A DNA stretch of 64,000 nt from an uncultured Gemmatimonadales bacterium (GTDB lineage: Bacteria; Gemmatimonadota; Gemmatimonadetes; Gemmatimonadales; GWC2-71-9): assembly GCA_963821525.1 (NCBI GenBank), contig CAWGED010000005.1, forward strand, positions 288,001 to 352,000, in the 5' to 3' direction. Position 1 is the first letter of the stretch, and each line of letters begins with the position of its first letter. The position numbers and the translations under genes are program-made. The notes below the pieces were generated by a model. The model ran no database searches, was not told the origin of the DNA, and was given only the letters and a program-made list of their open reading frames with translations. This document shows, piece by piece, positions 11,601 through 20,045 of this stretch.

Positions 11601-12020
11601 GATGTAGTTGCCGTCCGGCGTCCACTCCGGCGAGGCGTAGAGCGAATTATCCCCCTTACTGACCAGCTTGGTCTTGCTGCCGTCGGGATCCATGGTCCAC
11701 ACGTTCTCGGCGCCATCCCGATCGCTGAGGAAGACGATCCGTTTTCCGTCGGGCGACCAGCGTGGCTGCGAGTCGAACGGCGGCCCCGAGGTGATCGCCT
11801 TGGTCGTACCGCCGCTGATCGGCATGGTGTAGATGTCGCCCAGCAGCTCGAAGACGATGGTTTGACCGTCGGGCGAGACGTCCAGCGACATCCAGGTGCC
11901 CTCCGTGGTCTCGAAATCGAGATTCCGGTCGGCGACCAGTGGAAGGCTGTCGGTCTTTTTCTTGGTGGTATCGGCGGAGTGGACCAGCGTAGCGAGCGCC
12001 AACGTTCCGATGAGGAGCAT
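8676..12020 (-). CDS. Secreted TolB/PD40-repeat amidohydrolase family protein
   Basis: Repeated SPDG PD40 motifs; PGFVDIHAH metal motif; GSVEPGKLADLIVLDANPL...VMKNG C-terminus. Confidence 0.92.
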   Translation of the reverse strand: MLLIGTLALATLVHSADTTKKKTDSLPLVADRNLDFETTEGTWMSLDVSPDGQTIVFELLGDIYTMPISGGTTKAITSGPPFDSQPRWSPDGKRIVFLSDRDGAENVWTMDPDGSKTKLVSKGDNSLYASPEWTPDGNYIIASKTNSPIGSSYQLWMFHKDGGPGVSLTKDDKGQGALGTGRGTNINSMGPAFGNDGRYVWYARKRGGFGYNIDITQWQLAIFDRRTGRVFPQTDAYGSAFRPMLSPDGQWLVYGNRRDAQTGLRVRNLATGDERWLAYPIQRDDMESRFTRDLLPGSSFTPDSRYVVSAWNGKIYKIEVATGKQAEIPFSAAVHLKMGPLVKFEFKVDTGEILLKQIRDPSLSPDGKRLLFSALDRLYTLDLPNGTPKRLTSDTVHEQNPVWSPDGKWVAYITWGNAGGYVQRVKSTGGKAERLSADPAFYQGPAWSPDGQRIVVIRGPRQARVNEAFGPGYELDWLPAAGGALTRVSPMRPGGRPHFSSDPNLIFIYDPEEGLVSMRYDGTDRRPRIKITGFTANAPMAEPNVADEILVSPDSQQVVALVNNYVYMVNLPMTGQEPLSISIADPSASAFPAKRLTKIGGDFIGWGPGGKSITWALGRSFFQYDPAAADSMEKVKATRDSARADSLKADTTAKPDSATKARNDSLAKAPAYEPSRRDIAIYAPRDVPQGTVVLKGARIISMKGDEVIDQGDVVVTDNRIVCVGACTAPSGARTIDAAGKTIIPGFVDIHAHPWPTFGIHEPQVWKYLANLAYGVTTVRDPQTNTTDVLTYADQVEAGQLIGPRIYHTGPGVFGTYFEEPFTSLDDVRNALKRYSDFYHTNTIKQYMVGNRKQRQWVIMAAKEQSLMPTTEGGLDFKMNLTIAMDGYPGHEHSLPITPLSKDVVEVFAKSGITYTPTLLVSYGGPWSENYFYERFDIMQNPKVRRFVPYDEIAIRAERRPWFRENQYIFPKIAAGAKAIVEAGGRVGLGGHGQMDGLGDHWELWAMSAGGMKPHDVLRVATIFGAEAIGFGQDLGSVEPGKLADLIVLDANPLDDIHNTASIKYVMKNGRLYDGNTLDEVWPRKKTLEKQWWWDGAPGGVSRGELEGRGDLLQP

Positions 12021-12147
12021 GGGGGCGGGATGGGTTGGATGTGGGAATGGAGGGGGGCTTAGCCTTAGGCCTAAACGCCACCTCCTACGGCGACCGACTA
12101 AGCTAACGCCTACGGCTTGCCTTCCAGCGGAGATTCAGAGTCGCACT

Positions 12148-12539
12148 TCAAGATGGGGGGGACCCCGGCTCTTTGCTAATAAAGGAGCCGAGGAATACGC
12201 CCACTACTGCACCGACGCCGGCTCCCAGCAGTGCCGCAGCCGATGGTATTGCCGGTGCAGCCTCCGTTGTCCGCGGTGTCAGAGTCGGTGCAGAGACTGT
12301 TGGCAATCAGTGCCCCCAGCTATTCCCACCGCCCCGGCACCGATCGCCATCCCCTCCCATCGGTAGTCCTTTGCCTTAGTGGTTGCGGCGCTCGACTGGT
12401 CGTTGGAATCCAGGGCCGGGCGCCACTGCAGTTCGGCGAACCGGACAGCTTCCTGCGCGGCGAGGCTCTTGGTCTGTGCCTGAAGCTGGCTGACGAGGAG
12501 GCCGGGGAGAAGCAGGAGCGCAACCAATTCCTGGCGCAT
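12148..12539 (-). CDS. Secreted glycine-zipper-type small protein (two apparent frameshifts)
   Basis: Signal peptide, then YRWEGMAIGAGAVGIAG / ALIANSLCTDSDTADNGGCTGNTIG / AALLGAGVGAVVGVFLGSFISKEPGSPPS*, reconstructed across shifts near 12315 and 12240. Confidence 0.55.
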
Positions 12540-12583
12540 CGATGAGATTCCTTGTCTACGGTGTGCAAGTCGAGATGGGCGTT

Positions 12584-13414
12584 CTACTCTCCTGCCGCAA
12601 GGTTGAAGATCGTTCGGAACGCACGAAATACCTCCCGAAAGTCCTGGTGCTGATACGCCACAGTGCGGGGGCCGGTCCGCGTTACGCCCGGGGCCATCTG
12701 CGCCAAATCGGCTTCGACCGTCACCCGAAAGTCCACCTCGAGCGCAAAGGGAGGCGGCAGCACCAGCGGACGGAGCGCGCTTAAGGACTTCACTGCCTGC
12801 TCCGCGGCGGTTCGGATCCGGTTACAGGCCTCCAAGGGTGAGAGGCTCCGCGCTGCGTTGCGGCTCAACGCCGTCTTCACGATCACGGTCTTCACCGCCG
12901 GACCGAGCAGTTGGCCTGCCTCGGACGCGAGGGCCTGGTCTCCCGATACCAGGACCACCGGCACGTTGTAGGTGCCCGCCAGCAACGCATTCAGGCCCAG
13001 CTCACCCAGAGAAGTCCCGTTCACCCGGACGTCGAGGATGCGGTCGGTGTAGGTGTGATCGAGTATCGCGTTCCGGGTCCCGGCCCGGGCATGATAACCA
13101 ACGAAGAACGCCGCGTCGTGGCCGGCCTCGATGCCTTCCATCATGGACCAGGTCTTGGGGCCTCCGCTCACCAGCTGCGCCGCGGGATGGAGCTGCTCAG
13201 CCAGGAGGTTTCGCATCAGCCAGTGGCTGTCATTGACCACCACCGCGGTGGCGCCACCCGTCAGCGCTCCTTCGATGGCGGCGTTGGCTTCCTCAGTCAT
13301 CTGGGCTCGGAACCGGTTGTACTCGCCGGCACAGCGGGGATCGATGGGATTGGTCTGATCCTCATGCACCACACCCGCGATGCCTTCCATGTCCACCGAG
13401 ATGTAGATTCGCAT
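12584..13414 (-). CDS. dppA: M55 family D-aminopeptidase (B. subtilis DppA-like)
   Basis: MRIYISVDMEGIAG, VNDSH, FFVGYHARAG, LDHTY, GELGLNA and LVSGD motifs. Confidence 0.93.
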   Translation of the reverse strand: MRIYISVDMEGIAGVVHEDQTNPIDPRCAGEYNRFRAQMTEEANAAIEGALTGGATAVVVNDSHWLMRNLLAEQLHPAAQLVSGGPKTWSMMEGIEAGHDAAFFVGYHARAGTRNAILDHTYTDRILDVRVNGTSLGELGLNALLAGTYNVPVVLVSGDQALASEAGQLLGPAVKTVIVKTALSRNAARSLSPLEACNRIRTAAEQAVKSLSALRPLVLPPPFALEVDFRVTVEADLAQMAPGVTRTGPRTVAYQHQDFREVFRAFRTIFNLAAGE

Positions 13415-13446
13415 GGCGACCAATCTAACGTTTGACGGGAGTTCCG

Positions 13447-14445
13447 ATGCGGCGAATACCGACGCTGGGGTTGTTGCTGCTCTTGTCGCTTGATCTGCCC
13501 TATGCCGAGGCGCAGAGCGACAGCGCCGCCACGCTGGTACTGGGACGACGGTACACCCAGCTCTTCTACGCCGACAGCCTGGATCCGATCTGGGCCGCGA
13601 TGACGCCCGAGATGCAGAAAGTCCTCGGTAAGGAGGCCGGCCTCGAGGCGTTCCGTACTCAGGTGACCGAGGAGATTGGTCCGGAGGTCAAGGTGATCCG
13701 GGAGAAGCTGACCGACACACTCGGTGTGCGATTGTATGCCCGGGTGGCCTCGTTCGAACGGTCTACCGCGTCATTCACCGTTCAGTGGACCTTCGATTCG
13801 GCTTCGCGTGTTGCCGGGTTCTTCATCCGGCCGGCACGGGAGGAGGCTCCGTCCAAATACCTCTCCTACCAGACCAAGACCGATCTCCGGCTTCCATTCC
13901 GCGGCGACTGGTATGTGTTCTGGGGCGGTCGCACCATTCCCGAGAACTACCACGCCTTCACGACCGACCAGCGCTTCGCCTATGACCTCGTGATTCGTCG
14001 AGATGGCTCGACTCACACGGGAGACGGGCTCGAGAACAAGGAGTATTTCTGCTTCGGCCAGCCGGTCCTCGCTCCGGCGGCCGGAACTGTGGTCGAAGCG
14101 GTGGATGGAATCCCGGATAATCGGCCCAGCAACATGAACCAAACCCAGGCACTGGGCAACCACGTCATCATCGACCACGGAAACGGGGAGTACTCCTTCA
14201 TCGCCCACTTCAAGAACGGAACGGTGCTAGCGAAGCAGGGACAGCAGGTGGGCCAGGGCGACCAGTTGGGCGAATGCGGCAACAGCGGCAACTCGAGCGA
14301 GCCCCACGTCCACTATCACCTGCAGACAACGGCGGTGTTCGGGAAGGGGGAAGGGCTACCTGCCCAGTTCCAACGCTACTACGCCAATGGGAAGTGGGTC
14401 GAACGAGGCGAACCCACTCGCGGGCAGTCGCTTCGGGTGCCCTGA
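13447..14445 (+). CDS. M23 peptidase with N-terminal DUF3887-like domain
   Basis: Signal peptide; NYH...RFAYD, GNHVIIDHG, GNSGNSSEPHVHY. Confidence 0.88.
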   Translation: MRRIPTLGLLLLLSLDLPYAEAQSDSAATLVLGRRYTQLFYADSLDPIWAAMTPEMQKVLGKEAGLEAFRTQVTEEIGPEVKVIREKLTDTLGVRLYARVASFERSTASFTVQWTFDSASRVAGFFIRPAREEAPSKYLSYQTKTDLRLPFRGDWYVFWGGRTIPENYHAFTTDQRFAYDLVIRRDGSTHTGDGLENKEYFCFGQPVLAPAAGTVVEAVDGIPDNRPSNMNQTQALGNHVIIDHGNGEYSFIAHFKNGTVLAKQGQQVGQGDQLGECGNSGNSSEPHVHYHLQTTAVFGKGEGLPAQFQRYYANGKWVERGEPTRGQSLRVP

Positions 14446-14511
14446 GTGCCTCCTGACGAGAACGCAACTCGTGTTACTAAACCGTGCGACCGACCCAGCA
14501 CCTTCAACAGC

Positions 14512-14618
14512 AAACGCAGAGGCGCAGAGAACGCAGAGGGACCAAATCTTGATTCTGGGTTCTCCCCCCCCCCGAAACCTTTCGCTACAATCTCTGCGTT
14601 CTCTGCGTCTCTGCGTTT
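14512..14618. repeat. 27-bp inverted repeat built from (ACGCAGAG) units
   Basis: AAACGCAGAGGCGCAGAGAACGCAGAG (14512-14538) vs CTCTGCGTTCTCTGCGTCTCTGCGTTT (14592-14618); 26/27 complementary. Confidence 0.9.
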
Positions 14619-14670
14619 CTCAATCTGGGAGCCAATCACCAAGTCGTAGTCCCGTGTTGCAGCTCGGCCC

Positions 14671-15060
14671 TCAGCCCCCAACAATGGCCTCGGCTTCGAT
14701 CTCCACTACCATGTCGGGATGGATCAGACTGGAGACTTGCACCATGGTGGTGGCCGGCCGGATGTCCCTGAAGAACTCGCCGTGCGCTCGACCCACTTCC
14801 TCCCACTTGGTGATGTCGGTGACATAGGTGCGGGTGCGGACGACATCGCGGAGCGTCGCACCGGCCTCGATCAGCGCCTTCTCGATGATCTGCAGTGCCC
14901 GAGTGGCCTGTGCGCCGGCATTGCCTGGCGCCACAACCTTGCCATCGGGGCCCAGGCCGACTGTGCCGGATACGTGCACCGAGTTGCCAACCCGCACCGC
15001 TCGCGAATAACCCACCACCGGTTCCCACGGCGCTCCGCTCGAAATATTCGTTCGGCCCAT
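14671..15060 (-). CDS. RidA/YjgF family protein
   Basis: [33 protein letters not shown] and VEIEAEA motifs. Confidence 0.92.
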   Translation of the reverse strand: MGRTNISSGAPWEPVVGYSRAVRVGNSVHVSGTVGLGPDGKVVAPGNAGAQATRALQIIEKALIEAGATLRDVVRTRTYVTDITKWEEVGRAHGEFFRDIRPATTMVQVSSLIHPDMVVEIEAEAIVGG

Positions 15061-15389
15061 TAGTAAACTCTGCCTCCCAGAGGTACGTCGCGTTCGCTGG
15101 CGAGAAGGACTACACGTCCCCGCTCATCGGGGAGTCCGAGGACCAGGACCTCGGATTGAAACCCTGCGATGGAACGAGTCCCCAGGTTCACCGCGGCAAT
15201 CACCTGACGCCCGATCAGGTCTTCCGGGGTGTAGAGATCGGTGAGCTGAGCACTCGACGCCTTAACGCCGAGTGGTCCGAAATCGATGCGGAGCCGGTAC
15301 GCCGGCTTTCTGGCAGCAGGATGTGGCTCCGCCTCGGTGATCCGACCTACCCTTAGGTCCAATTGCTGAAAAGCTTCGTAAGCGCTCAT
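15060..15389 (-). CDS. csaA: CsaA tRNA-binding/export chaperone
   Basis: [42 protein letters not shown]. Confidence 0.88.
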   Translation of the reverse strand: MSAYEAFQQLDLRVGRITEAEPHPAARKPAYRLRIDFGPLGVKASSAQLTDLYTPEDLIGRQVIAAVNLGTRSIAGFQSEVLVLGLPDERGRVVLLASERDVPLGGRVY

Positions 15390-15543
15390 GTCTATGAATC
15401 CGTGCGTTAGATCACAGACTACGTCACCTGGAGAATGTCGGCAACATTACCTGATTTTGGGGTGCCATTGATATTGGGACTATTGTACTTTGTGAAGAGG
15501 GTTGTCTCGTGAGCCCCCAACCTTAATGAAGAGGTTATGACCA

Positions 15544-15726
15544 GTGCTGATTCTCAATCGCCGCCAGGGAGAGGCGATTCTCATAGACGGCGGCATCCGG
15601 ATAATCGTCCTGTCCAGCGATCGCAGGGGCGCCAGGATCGGGATAGAGGCACCAACCTCGGTAAATATCCAGCGCGAGGAGCTGATAACTCGGGCGGCGG
15701 CGGTGGAGCAAAAGGTAGAGGACTGA
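15544..15726 (+). CDS. csrA: Carbon storage regulator CsrA
   Basis: MLILNRRQGEAILI...ARIGIEAP.SVNIQREEL matches the CsrA consensus; GAGG RBS upstream of GTG. Confidence 0.9.
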   Translation: MLILNRRQGEAILIDGGIRIIVLSSDRRGARIGIEAPTSVNIQREELITRAAAVEQKVED

Positions 15727-15751
15727 GGATCCTGACGTGCCTGGATCTGAC

Positions 15752-15788
15752 AAAAAGAAACGGCCCCTCGAATCGAGGGGCCGTTCTT
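15752..15788. terminator. Intrinsic terminator, probably bidirectional; U-tract strongest on the minus strand
   Basis: Inverted repeat AACGGCCCCTCGA-A-TCGAGGGGCCGTT flanked by AAAAAG and CTT. Confidence 0.8.
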
Positions 15789-15804
15789 CATTGGGATTGA
15801 TCCC

Positions 15805-15906
15805 TTAGCCAAACGAGGTACTGGCGCTCCGTCGCGAAAGGGCCCTCACCACCCGTGCGGCGATCTCGTTACTGCCGAGGATCATCACGAACAACGCTTT
15901 CAGCAT
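15805..15906 (-). CDS. Unannotated 33-aa small protein
   Basis: GGAGGGGG-AAAA-ATG strong RBS; MLKALFVMILGSNEIAARVVRALSRRSASTSFG*; followed by the 15752-15788 terminator. Confidence 0.55.
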   Translation of the reverse strand: MLKALFVMILGSNEIAARVVRALSRRSASTSFG

Positions 15907-16115
15907 TTTTCCCCCTCCGCGATCTGGGACCGATTCAGACGCTACACCGGTATTAGACAAGATTCGGGCCAGAAAGTTCCATCTGCCATACGGCTGGAGG
16001 TCAACGGGAAAAAAGTCTTGGGGGGTATGGGGTTGGGGATTCCATCCGGCTTCGGCCGGTCTCCCACGTCAACGGTTCAAATCGAGACGATGATGAGGTG
16101 TTGAGGACACGCCGG

Positions 16116-17102
16116 TCACTTGGGTGCACCACTGTCCGAGGCATAATGGCACGCAGCTAAGGAGGCGCCGAGCCGGCGGAGCTCGGGCACCTCGCTGGTG
16201 CAGCGCGAGTCCCTGGAGGGGTGAAAGCATCGGGTGTTGAACCGGCACCCGGACGGCGGACGAGACGGGCTGGGAAGGTCCCCTCGCAGAACGATCCGGT
16301 CCCTCTGGTCCGAGGGATTCGGCTCGGGGACCGCCGATAGGAGGGCTTGGGTGTAAGGATGGCGCGGCCGGGCCAGCACCTCCTCGGTGGGCCCGATTTC
16401 CACGATCCGCCCCAGATACATCACAGCGACCCGTTGGGCGATTTGTCGCACCACCGCGAGGTCATGGGCGATAAACAGGTAAGACAGTCCACGCCGTTGC
16501 TGCAGGTTCATCAGGAGGTTGAGTACCTGCGCCTGGACCGACACATCGAGCGCGGAAACCGGCTCGTCGCAGACGATGAACGCTGGCTCAACCGCCAGCG
16601 CCCTGGCAATGCCGATACGCTGGCGCTGCCCCCCGGAGAACTCGTGGGGATAGCGTTTGGCGAACGCCGGATCCAGTCCGACCTCTTCGAGCAGACCCGC
16701 CACTCGCCGGGGAATCTCGGCCTTGGGAGCGAGCCGGTGTATCTCCAGCCCCTCGGCGATGGCGTCGCCGATCGTCATGCGGGGGTTCAGGGACCCGTAG
16801 GGATCCTGGAAAATGATCTGCATGCGACGGCGCAGAGGCCGAAGCGCCCCATGATCCAGGGCAAAGACATCCCGGCCCTCGAAAACAGCCTTCCCGCTGG
16901 TGGGCTCCTGTAGTCTGAGGATCGTGCGGCCAACCGACGACTTTCCGCATCCCGATTCCCCTACCAAGGCCAGTGTCTCGCCCTGACCGATCTCGAAAGA
17001 CACTCCGTCCACGGCCCGCACCGGCGGCGTCGACCGATTGAACAGACCCGTGGCGTGGTAGTGCTTCACGAGGTCGGTGACGGTTAGGATCGGGGTGGAC
17101 AT
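16116..17102 (-). CDS. oppF: Oligopeptide/dipeptide ABC ATP-binding protein (OppF/DppF-like)
   Basis: [29 protein letters not shown] and C-terminal GCRFNTRC. Confidence 0.92.
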   Translation of the reverse strand: MSTPILTVTDLVKHYHATGLFNRSTPPVRAVDGVSFEIGQGETLALVGESGCGKSSVGRTILRLQEPTSGKAVFEGRDVFALDHGALRPLRRRMQIIFQDPYGSLNPRMTIGDAIAEGLEIHRLAPKAEIPRRVAGLLEEVGLDPAFAKRYPHEFSGGQRQRIGIARALAVEPAFIVCDEPVSALDVSVQAQVLNLLMNLQQRRGLSYLFIAHDLAVVRQIAQRVAVMYLGRIVEIGPTEEVLARPRHPYTQALLSAVPEPNPSDQRDRIVLRGDLPSPSRPPSGCRFNTRCFHPSRDSRCTSEVPELRRLGASLAACHYASDSGAPK

Positions 17103-17104
17103 TT

Positions 17105-17245
17105 AGGTCGGTAGTCGGTCGTGGGTCGATGGTCGATGGTCGAGGTCGTGGTCTCTGGGGTGTCAGTCCTGCGTCTCGAGGTTGGATTGCGGTAGACTGT
17201 AGATCAGGGTCCATGAGACCCAAGACCCATGACTCATGACTCACA
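17105..17245. repeat. Degenerate heptamer repeats (GGTCGAT, CATGACT types) between oppD and oppF
   Basis: ggtcggtagtcggtcgtgggtcgatggtcgatggtcgaggtcgtggtc ... ccatgagacccaagacccatgactcatgactca. Confidence 0.7.
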
Positions 17246-18202
17246 CCCAGCCAACACCTCATCCAATGCTCCGGCTCCACCGACGCAATGGGCGGCTCCG
17301 TGGTGCACACAGGCATCACCTCCGGGCATCGGGGATGAAAGCGGCACCCCTGCGGCCAGGCGGTGGCCGAAGGCACCATTCCCTTGATCGGGGTTAGTGG
17401 CCGGATTGGGCCGGTGAGCCGGGGTATCGAGGCGAAGAGGCCGCGGGTGTAGGGATGCGACGGCTTGGCGAACAGTTGGGCCGTCGGAGCCTCTTCTACG
17501 ATCCGGCCGGCATACATGACTGCGACCCGATCGGCCCGTCCAGCGACGATGCCAAGGTCGTGAGTAATGAGAAGCACGGCCATGCCACGCGCCTCGCGCA
17601 GCCGATCGAGGACTTCCAGGATCTGGGCCTGAACGGTCACATCCAGGGCGGTCGTCGGCTCATCCGCAATCAGCAGTTCCGGCTCAGCGCTCAACGCGAT
17701 CGCGATCATCACGCGCTGGCGCATCCCGCCGCTCAGCTGGTGGGGGTAGCTCTTGAGCCGCTCCTTGGGGTCGGGAATTCCTACCTCGACCATCAGTGCC
17801 TCGGCCCGTTGCATAGCCTCGCGGCGCGACACCGGAAAGTGAGCCAGTATCCCTTCGGCGATCTGGTCTCCCGCGGTGAAGACCGGATTCAGGCTCGTCA
17901 TGGGATCCTGGAACACCATCCCGATCCGGCGGCCCCGAATCTGGCGAAGCGCCTCGCCCTCGAGTGAGAGAACATCGGTGTCGCCCAGGGTGATTCGACT
18001 CCCCTCGTCGATCTCGCCCGGGAGCCGGGAGCAGTCGAAGCACCGCAAGACTCGTCAGGCTCTTCCCGCATCCCGATTCGCCCACCAGGGCGAGTGTCTC
18101 TCCCCGTGCGACCGTGAGGTTCACCCCATCGACCGGCTGAGAGTGGCCACCGGCGGTGGAGAAAGAAACCCTCAGATTCTCAATTCGAAGGAGCGTGCTC
18201 AT
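17241..18202 (-). CDS. oppD: Oligopeptide ABC ATP-binding protein (OppD/DppD-like); frameshift near 18025, 3' end uncertain
   Basis: [14 protein letters not shown]...GESGCGKS in one frame; [24 protein letters not shown] and GCRFHPRC in the next. Confidence 0.85.
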
Positions 18203-19044
18203 GACTCGCGCGGGTCCATGGCGTCTCGCAGCGCTTCGCCGACCAGGTTGACCGACAGCACGGTGAGAACGATCGCGACACCCGGTGCCAGGCTGGTCCA
18301 GGGAGCGGAGATGATATCCGGCTTGGCGTCGAGGATCATGCCTCCCCAGGAAGGGGTTGGCGGTTGCACGCCAAGTCCCAGGAACGAGAGGCCTGCTTCG
18401 AGCAGAATGACGTCTCCGACTGCGAGTGTCGTCGCGACGGCCAGCGGCCCGAGCACATTGGGAAGCAGGTGGCGGAAGATAATGCGCCGGCGACGGGCTC
18501 CGAGCGCTTCCGCTGAGCGAACGAACTCGAGTTGGCGGATTCGCAGCACCTCCGCCCGCACCAGTCGACTGGTCCCGAACCAGCCAGTACATCCGATGGC
18601 CAGGATGAGCAGAGTAAGCGGAATGTGATCCATCACTGCAGCGATGAGCAGAAGCATGAAGAGCCGGGGCACCGCCATGGCACCATCCACCAGGCGCATC
18701 GCCGCGGCATCGACCCAGCCTCCCGCGTAGCCCGCCACCAGGCCAATCAGTGCACCCAAGGTGACCGAGAGTGCCACCGCTCCCGCGGCCACCGCGAGCG
18801 ATACTCGGGCGCCGTGGACTACCCGCGAGAGCACATCACGGCTCAAGTGATCGGTGCCGAGCAAGTGGCTGGCATTGGGTGGCCGGAGCGAGCCATTGAG
18901 AATGTCGGGCTGTGCCCGGGGGTCCTGGAGCATCGGCGGCAGGAGCAGTGCCGCGACGACGATGATCGCGAGGATGGTGAGCCCGATTCGCCCCTCGGGA
19001 CGAGCCCAGGTAACGCGGAGCGCATACCGCACGGACTCCTTCAT
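18199..19044 (-). CDS. oppC: Peptide ABC permease (OppC/DppC-like)
   Basis: HLLGTDHLSRDVLSR, EAA-loop EFVRSAEALGA, GEALRDAMDPR. Confidence 0.92.
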   Translation of the reverse strand: MKESVRYALRVTWARPEGRIGLTILAIIVVAALLLPPMLQDPRAQPDILNGSLRPPNASHLLGTDHLSRDVLSRVVHGARVSLAVAAGAVALSVTLGALIGLVAGYAGGWVDAAAMRLVDGAMAVPRLFMLLLIAAVMDHIPLTLLILAIGCTGWFGTSRLVRAEVLRIRQLEFVRSAEALGARRRRIIFRHLLPNVLGPLAVATTLAVGDVILLEAGLSFLGLGVQPPTPSWGGMILDAKPDIISAPWTSLAPGVAIVLTVLSVNLVGEALRDAMDPRES

Positions 19045-20012
19045 CCCTCGCGAAGCCTCGGATCCAGCCAGCGGTGCGTGAGATCAGCCAGGAGACTTCC
19101 CAGCACGACGACGGCCGAAACCAGGATCGTGCTGCCCATGATCACCGGATAGTCTCGAGTCCCGATCGCCTCGGCGGCGAGCGTTCCCAGCCCGGGCCAG
19201 GCGAACACCGACTCGACGAAGACCGAGCCCGCTACCAGGAGCGGCAGCCAGAGTCCGAAGAGCGCGAGCACCGCCCCGATGGCGTTGCGCCAGGCATGGC
19301 GCCACCGGACTTGCCGTTCCTGGAGTCCCTTGGTCCGGGCCGTACGAATGAAGTCGAGGTGCAACACATCCAGCATGGCGGCACGCTGGTATCGCACTGT
19401 CGCGGCGATAGTGACGAGCGAAAGCGTCGCGGCTGGCAGAATCAGATGGCGGAGCAAGTCGGTCAAGCGGGTCAGTCGGCCGGCGTCGGGAGAGAGCAGC
19501 GGGTCATGCATGAACGCGACCGGCAACAGATGCCACTGGGTGCCGAACAGCCACACGAGACTGAGGCCGAGCCAGAAGGACGGTGTGGCGTAGAGCAGCA
19601 GGGTGAAGATGGTGAGCAGATGATCGGTCTTGCTGCCGCGACGAAACGCCTGCCAGGCGCCGAGCCAGGTGCCGAGCGTGAAGTTGATGAGCAGGACCGT
19701 CCCGCCGAGGATTAGTGTTGCGGGCAATCGTTGGGCGATCAGGCTGTTCACCGAACGATCGGGGTGCTGGATGGAGATGCCGAGGTCGCCGCGGGCCAGC
19801 GGCTTCACGAAGGCGCGAAACTGGGTGAGCAGCGGCTGGTCGAGACCGTAGCGGGCGCGGAGCGCGGCTAACGCGGCGGGAGAGAAGGGTCGCTCGTCCC
19901 CCAGGCGGGAGAGCGGATCTCCGGGGGCGAGTCGCATCAGGAAGAACATCAGGACCACAGCCACCAGGAAGGTGGCGAACGCCTGGAGCATCCGGCGGAA
20001 CGCCCAGCTCAC
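19041..20012 (-). CDS. oppB: Peptide ABC permease (OppB/DppB-like)
   Basis: APGDP, YGLDQP, FIRTARTKGL, RDYPVIMG and LDPRLR motifs. Confidence 0.92.
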   Translation of the reverse strand: MSWAFRRMLQAFATFLVAVVLMFFLMRLAPGDPLSRLGDERPFSPAALAALRARYGLDQPLLTQFRAFVKPLARGDLGISIQHPDRSVNSLIAQRLPATLILGGTVLLINFTLGTWLGAWQAFRRGSKTDHLLTIFTLLLYATPSFWLGLSLVWLFGTQWHLLPVAFMHDPLLSPDAGRLTRLTDLLRHLILPAATLSLVTIAATVRYQRAAMLDVLHLDFIRTARTKGLQERQVRWRHAWRNAIGAVLALFGLWLPLLVAGSVFVESVFAWPGLGTLAAEAIGTRDYPVIMGSTILVSAVVVLGSLLADLTHRWLDPRLREG

Positions 20013-20045
20013 CGTGCGTCCCTCGGTCTCGTCACGCGGTGGGAC

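Noticed and set aside
9345..12062. Long antisense ORFs (e.g. 9345-10556+, 10665-12062+, also 34660-36057-, 53898-55172-, 57869-58969+)
   Set aside because: Shadow ORFs expected opposite real genes in high-GC DNA; no domain motifs.
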